Notes under the pieces: model-generated
The model's input: only the letters and a program-made list of their open reading frames with translations
Told to the model about the DNA's origin: nothing
Databases searched by the model: none
Assembly: GCA_040954595.2 (NCBI GenBank)
Contig: CM082587.2
Span: 11,351,403-11,415,402, forward strand
Origin: Balanoglossus misakiensis
Taxonomy: Eukaryota > Animalia > Hemichordata
Direction of reading: 5' to 3'
Length of the DNA: 64,000 nt
Part shown: piece by piece, positions 24,681 through 37,477 of the stretch
How positions within the stretch are numbered: position 1 is the stretch's first letter
How the letters are laid out: the number at the start of each line of letters is the position of its first letter
Translations under genes and position numbers: made by a program

Positions 24681-27600
24681 TAAAAGTAGGTATGCAAGAA
24701 ATATCTGTTAAATGCGATCGTAAACGATGGCGAGCGTGAGCGTTTGCGTAGCGATGTTGACGTATGAACGTGAACAGCCGGGAGTAACCTTCGCCTTCAG
24801 CAAAGACAGATTTCGCTTCCTTCCACCGGAAGCTGATTCGACCGTTCCAGATGTGTGTGTGTGTGTGGGGGGGGGGGGGGGGTAGGTGTAGCCAATCGGC
24901 AACCCAAATGTATATGTACGTCTCATTCTAAAGATCTAGTGAATAATATCACTTTCCTATGAGTAACGAACTAAATGAAACCATCAAACGAGTTAAAGAA
25001 TGGACAAATAATTGTACAAATTTGTCATTTATACGTATAGGCACACTCGCTCCAAACACCTGAGATAACCATCATTGGTTTAGTCCTGGAGGTGCCTGTG
25101 AGGTTTAGTCTAGAAACACCTGGGACCGAGACTATATACAAACTGTTTATTTCGAGGGGTCCCGATTCACACCTCCAGTACATGATGAGGCCAGGGGGGT
25201 ACCCTGGTCCCAATATTCACACCTATTCACACCATGCGCGTACCAGCTGGTTATGCGTGGTACTGGAGTGGTAAACTCCTGAGGGGGGTGGGGGTAGGCC
25301 TAAGTAAGAGTCTGTTTTTTGTACCGTACTTTCCCTATCGTGTATTCTGTATTCTAACATTTCATTTAAACTTCTTGCAGATCATTCCGTATTACAGTGT
25401 GGTATAAATAAAAGTGTCAAGCTCGAAAAACCCATTTCGCTGCTTTGTCTGCGGACAGTGCCGTTCATATCGAACCATTTCATCCCTCTGAAGCGAGTAG
25501 CTAAGCTGGGACTAAAACCAAAACTATTCCTACTGTCATCCCCGTAGCTTCCTACCAGAAATCTGGAGAAGCCAACGTTTCTGATTAATTGTCACCGGAT
25601 TAGTGTTGAAGTTTGGTAACCAATTCACAGGAGCCCAGGGGATAACTTCAAGATATGCAAATCTGAGTTTTCGAAAGTTAGGCTAGCAGCAAAAACAGGA
25701 AGTTTGACAGGCATACTTTGTCAAGCGACTTCCAGCATGATTGTCAACTATGGCTTCCATCAGGACCCGATCATCATGCTCCGTGGCATAGACTAATTTA
25801 CCGGGCACAGAGCAATGAAACACCCCCAAATGTACAATTACTAAAACATGTTACTGTAGGAGTGAGAAAATAAGATAAAAATGGGTTTTCAGAAGTGTAC
25901 ACTAGTACTTAACGGGCTAAGTGTGTACTTAACGGGATTAGTGTCATTTCGAGAAGTTATCAGTGTCGGGGATTAACAGCCCCGTGTTTGCTGTATAACA
26001 AATCAATATTGTACTCTGTCAGTAATGGTGTCGTTTTTCCCCGATTCTCCCCCGATTTATGAACGTGCACAACGTTCTAGATTAAAATGGCTTGTTCTCA
26101 AGTCTCAAGTATTATACTACTTCATTAAAACATAACAACACAGTGAGTAAGTACTATTTATGATCGTTTTTATGCAAAAAATTGACAGTTGGCAATTCAA
26201 AAGTCTCATTGTTCGAAAACAAAAGTGAATAAGTGAATATCAAAATTCCATGGTAAGTTATTTTCTCCAATATATCCAGGTGTCGATCACCTGGAGGCAC
26301 TGTCTTTTTATTTACAATTCTTTGAGTAAACATACTGAAAATTGTGCATTTTCGCAAAACAGAAAGAGAACCGAAAATTAAGTAGGCCTATAAAGCTAAC
26401 AGAAAATATATATTGTGTCGGGGGAAAACATGAAATATAAGGAGAAATAAACGATTAAAAGCAAGTGTCATTAAACCTGGATCTCAATCTGAAATCACAC
26501 CCGATTTTCACCCCATTTATTAAAGTTCACTCCCGAGTTACCCTGCGTACAGGTCTGTGTGTGTGCTCCCGGCGTTACACGGCCTCCACCACGGCCCTGC
26601 ACGGCTCCATAGACAAAACTGGTGCGTCCGGGCCGCAGCTTTTCAGCCGAAATTCGATGTTTGCGGGGGGAAAATCCTTTCCCTGTCTACTTCTAACACC
26701 TAAACAAGTCCAAATATGATGTGATTTACTTCTTATAACGTCCGAATCGCTCGCTTTCTAAAACCTTTGTGTTTAGGCCTACCCATGGAAATAAACTCGC
26801 TGTAGGCCTGGGCCTAAGCCTGTATGCAATATGTCTATCTCAACCGGTAACCGTGTAACGCCGGGAACACACAGACCTGTACGCAGAGCTAACTCCCAAG
26901 AAAAAAAGTTTTAGGGTGACCGGGAACACATTTATTTCTCATTCTCGCCAGCAAGAGCTGCCTTTGGCCTATTTTTCGCAACACGAACCTACGGAAAACA
27001 AACTCCTTCTGTTGAAATAAAAAGAGTTTACTAAGTACTAGTATAGGCTTCGGCCGGCGTTCGGAGGGACGGTGAGGGCACGTAGCTGTTGCCACACTGT
27101 ATAAAGAGACTTGTCTTTCTATGTTCGGGTTCACAATTACGGTCATACCCTATATGGTGCATCATGCAGTTGCATACATTTTGATTTACTGATTTCCCCG
27201 TTGAAGAGTGGAGGAGTGTTAATTACACCAGCAAATATTGTCCAACACATCTAAAACATTTATTTAATGTATAGGCCTATATCGATTATTAGTACTTTTG
27301 CAGTCACAAATACATGTACTCCCAGATCCTATGTACGTGTACAGGTGTGTGCCACGGCTGACACCATGACCTTTAAAATGCAAATATTCCCTGGGAGGTG
27401 AAATGTCAATGCGGATTGACTTAATTATGCAAAGCGTCGCCAGCCTCGTCGGCGACATGGGCTTCTTGTTGGTGTATATAAACTTGAACTTGTACAGTAT
27501 GAATTCAGAACACGACGAGAGCTCAGTGATTGCCTGTCCAAAATGCCTAGAGCGCGCCGTTGGTGGTTCGAACGGGAAAACGATGCCGTGTTTGTATATT

Positions 27601-28957
27601 TCGACTACAAGGACAGTGGCCCCTCAAAACTTCATCCGAAAAAGAAAAGCACTCCATACAGCGCAGTAAGGACAGTTGTAGCCTATGATAGTGGTGCCCA
27701 TGCCGAAAAAACGATGACTTTGTCAAGGTAAGTATTTAAGGTCTTATCTTGCTTCAGTTCCGGTCGTGATCCGTTTATTTAGCCAACTTCAAAAATGGGC
27801 GCCATTACAAATGCTTGTGGTATCCCTAGACTAGGCACAGTCGACTGGGAGTTGGATCGTATACACGGCGCAGTGTTTACGACCCAACTCCCAGGCGACT
27901 GTGCTCCAGGCCACTGCGATGTAATATTTCTGGTCTCGTACTCTCAAATTCATTGAATCGTATGTGGCTATGCAATACTCGATCAACGATCGCGTTTCCC
28001 AAACCAGCGGCGTTGATCGTGTACACAAAGCTAATGAAAAGTATGGGTTTTGCATCATGACGTCATAGCCTTAGCCCTGCGTTGTGTAGGTATGTGAGTT
28101 CCCGGGCTTTGAAATGACTTTTAACCTGACGACGTGACGTCGTCGAACGTGTTTGGGACCCGAAAAAGGTACAACATTGGCGTAACATTGTCTTTGAAAA
28201 TTGGAAACCAGAAAACACTAGGGCCTCGCGTAGTTCTCTACATACCCAGCTAAAGCAGGGGCGTTATACATGGGCCAATCAGTTTTTCAAATCAGTTCTA
28301 GCTTTTCTTGTGCACCTGACCACATTCAATAAACCACATTCAATAACATGCCACAGATTGAAAAAAAAAACTGACCAGTTTTGTATTGTTGGGAATCCAC
28401 TGTGCTGCTGACTATGCCATACATGTATGTTCATGTGAATTTCTTATTTGCCGTGGCCGGCCATTGGCTCAGTGAAAAGCTTAGTCTTGGTATTTCCCCT
28501 AGACCTTCTTTCTGGAGTGCCCAAAGGGAGAAAAAGAGGAGTCTGGGTAACCAAGACTATGATAAGGGTTCTTTTAAAAAATCGCAAAACATTATGGGGC
28601 AATCGGAGGGGTAAACTGGGAGGCATGTCACTGGAGCCATATTGTAGATGTTGCACCAAGAAACAACGCTATTTTCAATCTTTCTCCCACAGAACCATCA
28701 TTCAGAGTTCAGATTAAGTTTATAATCATATCGTAATGCTGTGGGATTTTCAAGATGGATTTGCCCATATGTCATAACAGCATCGCTCAAACCCTAAGGC
28801 AACTGCAGCAACATCTTTGCAAGCAAAACATGTTTATTTTGGTGCATAGACTACCAGACCACTCAAGCTAAGCTGTGTAGATTTATGTTGGTGCTGTGCA
28901 TGATGTAGTAACTTTTGAAACTATAGTTCACTAACAAACTGTTATTTCTCATACTAG

Positions 28958-31900
28958 ATTGTATTCAGTCTTCCAGTTGAAAATCCCTTCAAGCTCTCTC
29001 GTTCATCGTTCACCTGGAACAAGAGTGAATTTTCTCGGAAATTACGAGATTATCAGACTCCAGTTGACTTCGCAGAAGAGTTCAATAGGCTGCTGGAATT
29101 GGAAAAAAATCAAGATGGGGAGACAAGTTCATCACCGTGCAGTACTATGTCTGTGTCAAGTGTGGAATTGTCTGATGAAGATGACATGGATGAAGAGGAA
29201 GATTGCCCAAGTGTAGAGGAAAATAACCCTAGTTCAGAACCAAATACCGCAGGGTAAGTGTTGAGGCTCACAAATATATTGTCAGTTTAAAGTAACCAAA
29301 CCTACCCTATAGGGATAAACTGTGTTTACGCCATCTTGGAAATTTGCAGTGCATTATGGGTCAATTGAGTTCCGGTTTGGGGGGAGTAGCGTCTACAACC
29401 TATCCAATTTTTCAGCGGTTTAGTCAAATTTTCTTCATGTAACTACAACTACTAACGTTACTTGAAGAAAATCTGACAAAATCGCTGGAAAATTGGATAG
29501 GTTGTAGACGCTACTCCCCCCCAACCGGAACTCAATTGACCCATAATGCACTGCAAATTTCCAAGATGGCGTAAACACAGTTTATCCCTATAAACATTTT
29601 TTGAACGACTTGAAATTCCTGTGAGAGTCCAACATGATTTTTGGCTTTAACATTTTCTACAGGTAAATTTCTAGCAGAACACAGCAGATAAATATCTGGC
29701 AATGGACATGTCATGAAAGATGCAAAATGTGTCATGTTTTCTTTCTAGATTAAAACCATGAGTTCATTTCATCTTTGAAATTGCAACATAATCAGGGACA
29801 TATTGCTTGATAAGTCTCTCACTAGACTTTTATGACAATGATGAACTCAAAATGTGTTTAAGAATGATGCATGATGTCTGAGATGCGTGAAACTACGTTT
29901 CTTTCCTACTTATCTAAAAATTTGCTTCTTCACAAAAAGAAGTAATTCTGTGTATTTTTTCTTTTATCCAGAACTCAAACTCCAAGGAAAAAAAAATCAA
30001 GGAAGAGGAAAAGGCTGTGTGATCAAGCCAGAGCACTGGCCATACCATCTCTACAAAAGCGAAAGAAAATACACGAAAAGGTTGCTGAAATTGACAAAGA
30101 AACCGAAGCGATGAAGAAAAGTATCAGAAGTTGTCATATTGGTATGTAAACGTGAATCAAGCTTAGACACTAGAAGTGGCAGCTTGTATCTTTCTAGAAA
30201 GACTTGTTTTATACGGTGGTAACTAAATTCAGCTAGAAAGTCCCATATTGTAATACGTGCACGGCTGAAGCAATATTGTGTGCATTTTAGCAATAAACTT
30301 GTAACAGTAACTTACAGTAACAATATCAATACAGAAAAAGATTTTCTGTTTTTATGAGTAATCTTTGTGAATATAATTGACAATGGTATTTGATATTTCA
30401 CCATTTCATAGGAACATATCTTATAAGCATCAAATCAATGGAAGTTGGAAAACAAATCCGTGAAGTAAATGAAGATTGGGTAAGGCACCTTCAGGAGTAT
30501 ATGGAGGAGTTCTACAACGAAGCATATCAGCCACTTGCTGTCGTTTTGAAGGGAGAAACCAAGCTAAACTTCAGAGACAGCAATGTAAGTGCAAAAAATG
30601 TATATTACTGTAATACAATTTATTTCTTATTTCTAAGGCTAACAAGGACAGTGGTTTTATTGTTCATTTGCATGATCAGTCTGATTTATTTGGACAGGTT
30701 TATATGTTATGCCATAATATTCTTTGCTCCTATTTGGGATATGTATGGCAAGCTAAGTTCCTATTGGCTGGAAAATGTACATTTGCGTACATGTATATGA
30801 CATAATAGTTTCCTCTACAAATATTTTGGAAACAATGGATGGATCATCTTTTATTATTTTTCTAGTTGCACACTGGATTGAGATTTTGTTTGACACTACC
30901 ATCATATTAGCTGAAACAAACATGAGAGTGATCAGTATAAATCTTGAAAACTGCTGGTTGGATTGATTTGAAAATTAGATTCATAACCCATGTTAATTTT
31001 AATGTATATATTAATTGCAAATTTTAGGTCAATGGTTACACTTACGAAGTGATTGGAGACCAACACTCGTATCTTGCTGTAAAGAATCTGGCTGAAAAAT
31101 ACCCCGATAGGGAAGAGCTGCAGTCCAGATATGCTGTGGTGTATGCTGACTTGAATGAGGAGCAGAGACTGTGGTTAGGCAACCAACACAACATCACAAT
31201 GCAACAGCACAGCAAGATGAGCTTTAAAGATAAGGTAATGTGTGTGATGTGAATGAGTGTTATAATGATCATGACAATTACAAATCAAATCCTAATTCAA
31301 CACAGATAAGACAATGTTGGGAAATAAAGTTTTAGGAATTGTAAGAAACATTACATTGCAGTGTTATTGGCTTCTGTCCTAGTCACTATTGTCCTGAATT
31401 TAACAACAAGATTGTACTCTGAAACACATCTTTTAGCTGGTATGCTTTTTAGCTACTTCATATCTGCACCCCCCCAACAAAAAAAAAACTCTTAAAAAAA
31501 GTTGAAACAACACTGACAGAAGTTGAATGATGGAGAAAATTCATATAGCTTTAGTTTTTTATTTATGCACAAATATGATTTTTTGTGAGATCACTGATGT
31601 TCCATCGGCTGACATGTTCACAATATCAAAAATGATTATCATTGGAGCTTGTTTGTTTTAACACAAAAAACTGGTATTCTTCTGCATTTCATCTCACTTT
31701 GCATTCAGGAGCAATTAATTGCTGGGATACTAATTAATATGAAATGTTAGTACACACAGTATTGACTAATAATGGCTGTAATCTATTCTTGTGTTTGTAG
31801 GTCAAAGTGTGTAGAGAACTCTATGAAAGAACAAGAAATGAGGACGACAAAGCGAATTGGGAAAAATCGTGTGCTTTGATTTTGAAAGAGGCAAGTACAT

Positions 31901-33587
31901 GTATTTATATTTGTGCAGCTTTACCATGTTTTCAGTGGTTTTTAATATTTCTTATATTGATTGTAGTCAGACCCGATGTTGTCCTGAAGGAAAATTACTC
32001 CATAGATATCTTATGTCTCTAATTCCTTCCAGCTTTCAATGCTTTTTTACCATGTACAAAAACTCTCCTGATTGATGTCCCAATATGATTTAGAAAATAT
32101 TATGAATGACATTGTGTATATAGAGCTTTAGCTTTCTATGAAAATCAATTTGACAAGGTATAGTATTTGACAATAACAGACGAAACAACCAATACATAAA
32201 CACCTCACACAAATTGGCAAATATTCCTCAATGATTTTTTTTTTTGGATTCCACTGATTTATAGTTACTTATAAATATGTGTGAAATCGGTCTAAGTAGT
32301 ATGATTTTATGACTATACTTGTATGAAAACAATTTTGTAATCATTTTTTTTTTCATTTTACAGAGAGTCAACAGTGCCATGATGCAAACTATTTATGGGA
32401 TTTCATCCATGGTTGAAAACTTTGAGCTGATGATGTCTGTTATAGAGATGTATGAAGATGGGGCAACCAAAGACCAGAAGTTAAAAGGAGAAGAGTATAA
32501 GAATCGACCTGTTCTACCCTACAGCAAACTCCAAGACTTTTTCTGTATAGACACTGAGGATCAGCGCCTGCTGTTGGAAAATGTAATTGACAGCACTATG
32601 TCATATGCTGAAATGTGTAAGGAGGCATCGACTCTGAAAAAGTTAGACATTATACAGAGGAGCTTTTGTCAACAGACAAACTGTTTGGATGGTGGGTGGA
32701 AAGAAGCGACTGAACGATTTCCGAAAGAAGCAAAACGTGAGAGACTGGAGGAATTTACCAAGCTGTCCTTCTCCAGAGGAATTCCAGACGGATTTGTCAA
32801 CTACTGTCAGCGGTTGCTTCTGTTGGAGAAGTACAAAGATAACACGAAAAAGGCTGCAGCATATTCCCAAAATGGGACATATGCTTTTACGATCTCAGAG
32901 GCTGTCCAAAATTTAAATACAGTTCTCCTAAAGGAACACTGCCCAGGGTTTTCTGGCATTGACTTAACATTGATTGATATGCCTAAGGTAAGTTATTTTT
33001 ATTTCAAAATTCTACTCTTGTCACATACATGTTTGCAACCAATTAGCCGTTTCCGTGACCTCTTCATGACCTTACACCCGTGTACTTCCACTGGTATGAA
33101 TCCATCAATTTGATTAAAAGCTCATTAAAAACTATATAACTGTGATTGTATTCACTGATATCTGAATATCACTCAGTCTACAACTTGTGTTCATGGTTAA
33201 TAACAAAAATGATATGGGACCGGCATTAACTGCGCTGTATGAACAACAGCTATTTCTATCTTGTTGAAACTGCCAGTGTCATTCTTGTCAACACTGACTG
33301 TATATACAGTTATCATTGTGAGTACAACTACACAATGACAGTTTTATTAATGACACTCAACGTATTTTTTCTTGTAGGAATGGTCTGTTGATGATATCAA
33401 CCGATTGGTCGTCATGATAAAAGCTGTCAACTGTGATTCACAAAAGAAGATGTATAATATTGCAATAATTTGTGATGTTATGCAGATCAGTGACGTTCTG
33501 GGAGTTCTCAAGAAGGAAAAAAACTGCTACGTTCAACCGGCATACTGCCATGTGGAAAACCGTTCCAGAGGTATTTATTCAATATAA
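28958..33587 (+). CDS. Multi-exon cargo gene: acidic/basic N-region, ParB/Srx-like domain, helical region, degenerate amino-MTase-like segment (5' exon unresolved, 3' end possibly truncated)
   Basis: Phase-consistent, stop-free exons: 28958-29253, 29972-30141, 30412-30584, 31028-31234, 31801-31890 (GC donor), 32364-32987, 33378-33570/33587. Motifs: IREVNEDWVRHL, QPLAVVL, YEVIGDQHSYLA, RYAVVYADLNEEQRLWLGNQHN, MSFKDKV, GIDLTLIDMPK. The exon structure is well supported; domain names are inference. Confidence 0.78.
29308..29592. mobile_element. Fold-back (near-perfect palindrome) MITE in an intron of the cargo gene
   Basis: TATAGGGATAAACTGTGTTTACGCCATCTTGG...CCAAGATGGCGTAAACACAGTTTATCCCTATA; arms of ~135 bp around a ~13-bp spacer. 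A TA TSD is possible; superfamily not assignable. Confidence 0.85.
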
Positions 33588-33902
33588 GTTAGAATAAGGC
33601 CATTTACACATGCTGTTGCAACTTGACAACACTCAAAAATTAAAAATAGGTAAATGATGAAAAAAATGTAATTTCATACATGTAGACATTATTCTATGAT
33701 AGTGGAACCTTTTTAATTTTTCATTATATATATATTCTTTGACATTTATAAAAGTGTTACGTTTGGCTGGATAATATGAAAAAAAATGAAAGAAATTTAA
33801 TTGCACAGCAGAGTGGTTTAAATTAAGCAATTTAACTCAGCCTGTAGTAAAAATTACAGTCTGGTAACATATTTTTCCATCATTTTTGGCAAACTGTACC
33901 AA

Positions 33903-33935
33903 ATCCAATTATCCCAAAATATTCCCAATCGTGTT
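33903..33935 (-). repeat. Right TIR of the giant transposon
   Basis: ATCCAATTATCCCAAAATATTCCCAATCGTGTT, followed by the TSD CGTT and resumed satellite. Confidence 0.96.
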
Positions 33936-36900
33936 CGTTGCTAACGAACGCTAGTGTCTGTCATAGTGTGCCGGGGTTTTAGTCGAGCCAAGCCGTAGGA
34001 GATCAGACTTGATCAACGTGGTCTCTGTACGCGTGTTTCTGCTCTAGAGTGCCGGGGCTTTATCCAAGCCATGCCGTAGAAAATCTGACTTGATCACCGT
34101 TGCTAACGTACGCTAGTGTCTGTCATATTGTGACGGAGATTTAGCCGAGCCAGGCCGTAGAAAAATCGACTTGTTCAACGTTACCAGTGTGCAACTGTTT
34201 CTGCTCTAGAGTGTCAGGGTTTTAGCCGACTTATGCTGTAGGAAATCTGAGTTGATGAACGGGAATTCAATGTTAGAAAACACGTGTGGAAAGTATCTCT
34301 ACCCGTTTGAAACTAAGAAAAGAATTTATTCTTATTTATTTTGTAAAAAAGACAATTTTTCGAAAAATGTCGAAAATGGTAATTTTGTCTTGGGTGATTC
34401 AAATTATACCGCTTTTTCTGGAATTTGCAGCACTTTTTACAAGAGAACGACACTTCATGCTCCATAATATTTCCGAAAATGAAGAAAAGAGTTAATTTTT
34501 TAAGATTTTTTTAAAATTTACCATTTTTGTCAAAATATGGCAAAAATGGCTATTTTTTCTTGAATTCCGTCAATATCTCTGCATTTTTGGAGTGGTCGAA
34601 AGTTTTAACATACAATCAACATGTCATATATGATCAGGGCACCAAATTCGAAGAACAAAGGTTTTTTTATTTTTTTTCTAAAAATGACATTTTCAAGGAA
34701 AATTTGGTAAAACGCAATTTTGTCTGCAGTGAGCCAAATTAGACGGTATTTTGTGGAATTTGTATCGATATATACATACGAAGAGCATTCTATACTCATC
34801 AGATTTCCGAAAATGTAGAAAACAGGTATTTTTTGTAATTTTCAAAAATTTACCATTTTGACCAAATTGTGGCTAAAATTGTTATTTTCGTGTTGAATGC
34901 CGCCAGTGTCACTGCTTTTAAAAGTCATAAAAACTTTTAACATACAAGCATGTTGTTTATATATGATCAGGTCACCGAATTAAAAAAATAAAGAATGTTT
35001 TGCCTAAAAATGACCTTTTTGGTGCAAAAACGAATAAAACGCAATTTTGTATTAAATCAGCTCATTCAGAGTGCATTTTTATAATCAGCACCATTTTTAC
35101 ATATAATGGAAATTTCATACATCATCAGATATCCAAATATGAAAAAATGAATTAGATATATTTAAGATGATTGTCCAAAATTAGCTGATATCTGATAAAT
35201 GTAGTATTGAACCGTTCTGTCCCCCCCCCCTACATTACATGCGGTACGCCGATGTCAGCTTACCCGGCAGTACTGCAGGCCGTGCCCCCAACTAACTTCG
35301 GTGTTTGAAACGCCCTGGTTAAATTCGAGCTTTCTCTATAAATTGACAGGCAATAATGCAGTCCTACCCGAACAAATGTCGAGTGTTGACCCGCTGTGAC
35401 TTTCCCTCTTCGGTTTGCCCGACTTAGCCAACGTCTTTGTACTAATGTGTCGGGTCTTTTGCAGAGCCAGGCCGAAGGAAATCCAACTTGATCACCGTTG
35501 CTAACGAACGCTAGTGTCTGTCATGGTGTGCCGGGGTTTTAGTCGAGCCAGGCCGTAGGAGATCTGACTTGATCATCGTGGTCAATGTACGCGTGTTTCC
35601 GCTCTAAAGTGCCGGGGCTTCAGCTAAACCAGGCCGTAGGAAATCCGACGTAATCACCGTTGATAACTTACGCCAGTCTGTGTCATATAGAGCCGGTGCA
35701 CCAGCCGAGTCACGCCGTAGGAAATCTGACTTGATCAACGTGGTCAATGTACGCCTGTTTCTGCTCTAGAGTGCCGGGGCTTCAGCTGAGCCAGGCCGAA
35801 GGAAACCCGACGTGATTACCGTTGTTAACTTACGCCAGTCTGTGTCCTATATATAGTGCCGGGGCATCAGCCGTGCCAGGCCGAAGGAAATGTGAGTAGA
35901 TCAACGTGGTCTCTGTACGCGTGTTTCTGCTCTAGAGTGCCGGGGCTTTATCCAAGCCATGTCGTAGAAAATCTGACATGATCACCGTTGCTAACGTACG
36001 CTAGTGTCTGTCATATTGTGACGGAGATTTAGCCGAGCCAGGCCGTAGAAAAATCGACTTGTTCAACGTTACCAGTGTGCAACTGTTTCTGCTCTAGAGT
36101 GTCAGGGTTTTATCCGACTTATTCTGTAGGAAATCTGAGTTGATGAACGGGAATTCAATGTTAGAAAACCCGTGTGGAAAGTATCTCTACCCGTTTGAAA
36201 CTAAGAAAAGAATTTATTCTTATTTATTTTGTGAAAAAGACAATTTTTCGAAAAAGACGAAAATGGTAATTTTGTCTTGGGTGATTCAAATTATACCGCC
36301 TTTTCTGGAATTTGCAGCACTTTTTACAAGAGAATGACACTTCATGCTCCATAATATTTCCGAAAATGAAGAAAAGAGTTAATTTTTTATGTGTTTTTAA
36401 AAATTTACCATTTTTGTCAAAATATGGCCAAAATGGCTATTTTTTCTTGAATTCCGTCAATATCTCTGCATTTTTGGAGTGGTCGAAAGTCTTAACATAC
36501 AATCAACATGTAATATATGATCAGGGCACCAAATTCGAAGAACAAAGGTTTTTTTTTTTTTTTTTCTAAAAATGACATTTTCAAGGAAAATTTGGTAAAA
36601 CGCAATTTTGTCTGCAGTGAGCCAAATTAGGCGCTCTTTTGTGGAATTTGTATCGATATATACATACGAAGAGCATTCTATACTCCATCAGATTTCCGAA
36701 AATGTAGAAAACAGGTATTTTTTGTAATTTTCAAAAAATTACCATTTTGACCAAATTGTGGCTAAAATTGTTATTTTCGTGTTGAATGCCGCCAGTGTCA
36801 CTGCTTTTAAAAGTCATAAAAAATGTTAACATACAAGCAATTGTTTATATATGATCAGGTCACCGAATTAATAAAATAAAGAATGTTTTACCTAAAAATG

Positions 36901-37477
36901 ACCTTTTTGGTGCAAAAACGAATAAAACGCAATTTTGTATTAAATCAGCTCATTCAGAGTGCATTTTTTATAATCAGCACCATTTAAACATATAATGGAA
37001 ATTTCATACATCATCAGATATCCAAATATGTAAAAATGATTTAGATTTTAGATGATTGTCCAAAATTAGCTGATATCTAATAAATGTAGTATTGAACCGT
37101 TCTGTTCCCCCCCCCCCCCCCCTACATTATATGCGGTACGCCGATGTCAGCTTACCCGGCAGTACTGCAGGCCGTGCCCCCAACTAACGTCGGTGTTTGA
37201 AACGCCCTGGTTAAATTCGGGCTTTCTCAATAAATTGACGGGCAATAATGCAGTCCTACCCGAACAAATGTCGACGATTGAGCCGCTGTGACTTTCCCTC
37301 TTCGGTTTGCCCGACTTAGCCAACGTCTTTGTACTAGAGTGTCGGGTCTTTTGCAGAGCCAGGCCGAAGGAAATCCGACTTGATCTCCGTTGCTAACGAA
37401 CGGTAGTGTCTGTCATGGTGTGCCGGGTTTTTAGTCGAATCGTGCAGTAGGAAATCTGACTTGATCAACGTTGCTAA
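33936..37477. repeat. Macrosatellite array, block 2
   Basis: The same unit resumes exactly in register after the TSD. Markers near 34374 and 36260 are spaced ~1886 bp apart, i.e. one 162-bp dimer is missing. Confidence 0.97.

Larger units (their letters stand above)
9561..33935. mobile_element. Giant (24,375 bp) TIR DNA transposon, Sola1/DUF7869-like, inserted in the macrosatellite
   Basis: 33-bp TIRs with 1 mismatch. 4-bp TSD CGTT at 9557-9560 and 33936-33939; removing the element and one TSD restores the satellite sequence GATCAACGTTGCTAACGAACG. It contains a spliced DDD transposase. Boundaries are certain; the superfamily label is from motif recall. Confidence 0.93.

Noticed and set aside
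24990-26560. Possible additional nested element (short repeats GTACTTAACGGG, CCCGATT, TGTCGGGG)
   Set aside because: No paired termini or TSD could be identified.
28959-29216. Track ORF in the frame continuing from the 27543 ORF
   Set aside because: It terminates inside the exon; the alternative frame is open to the donor and joins six further exons in phase.
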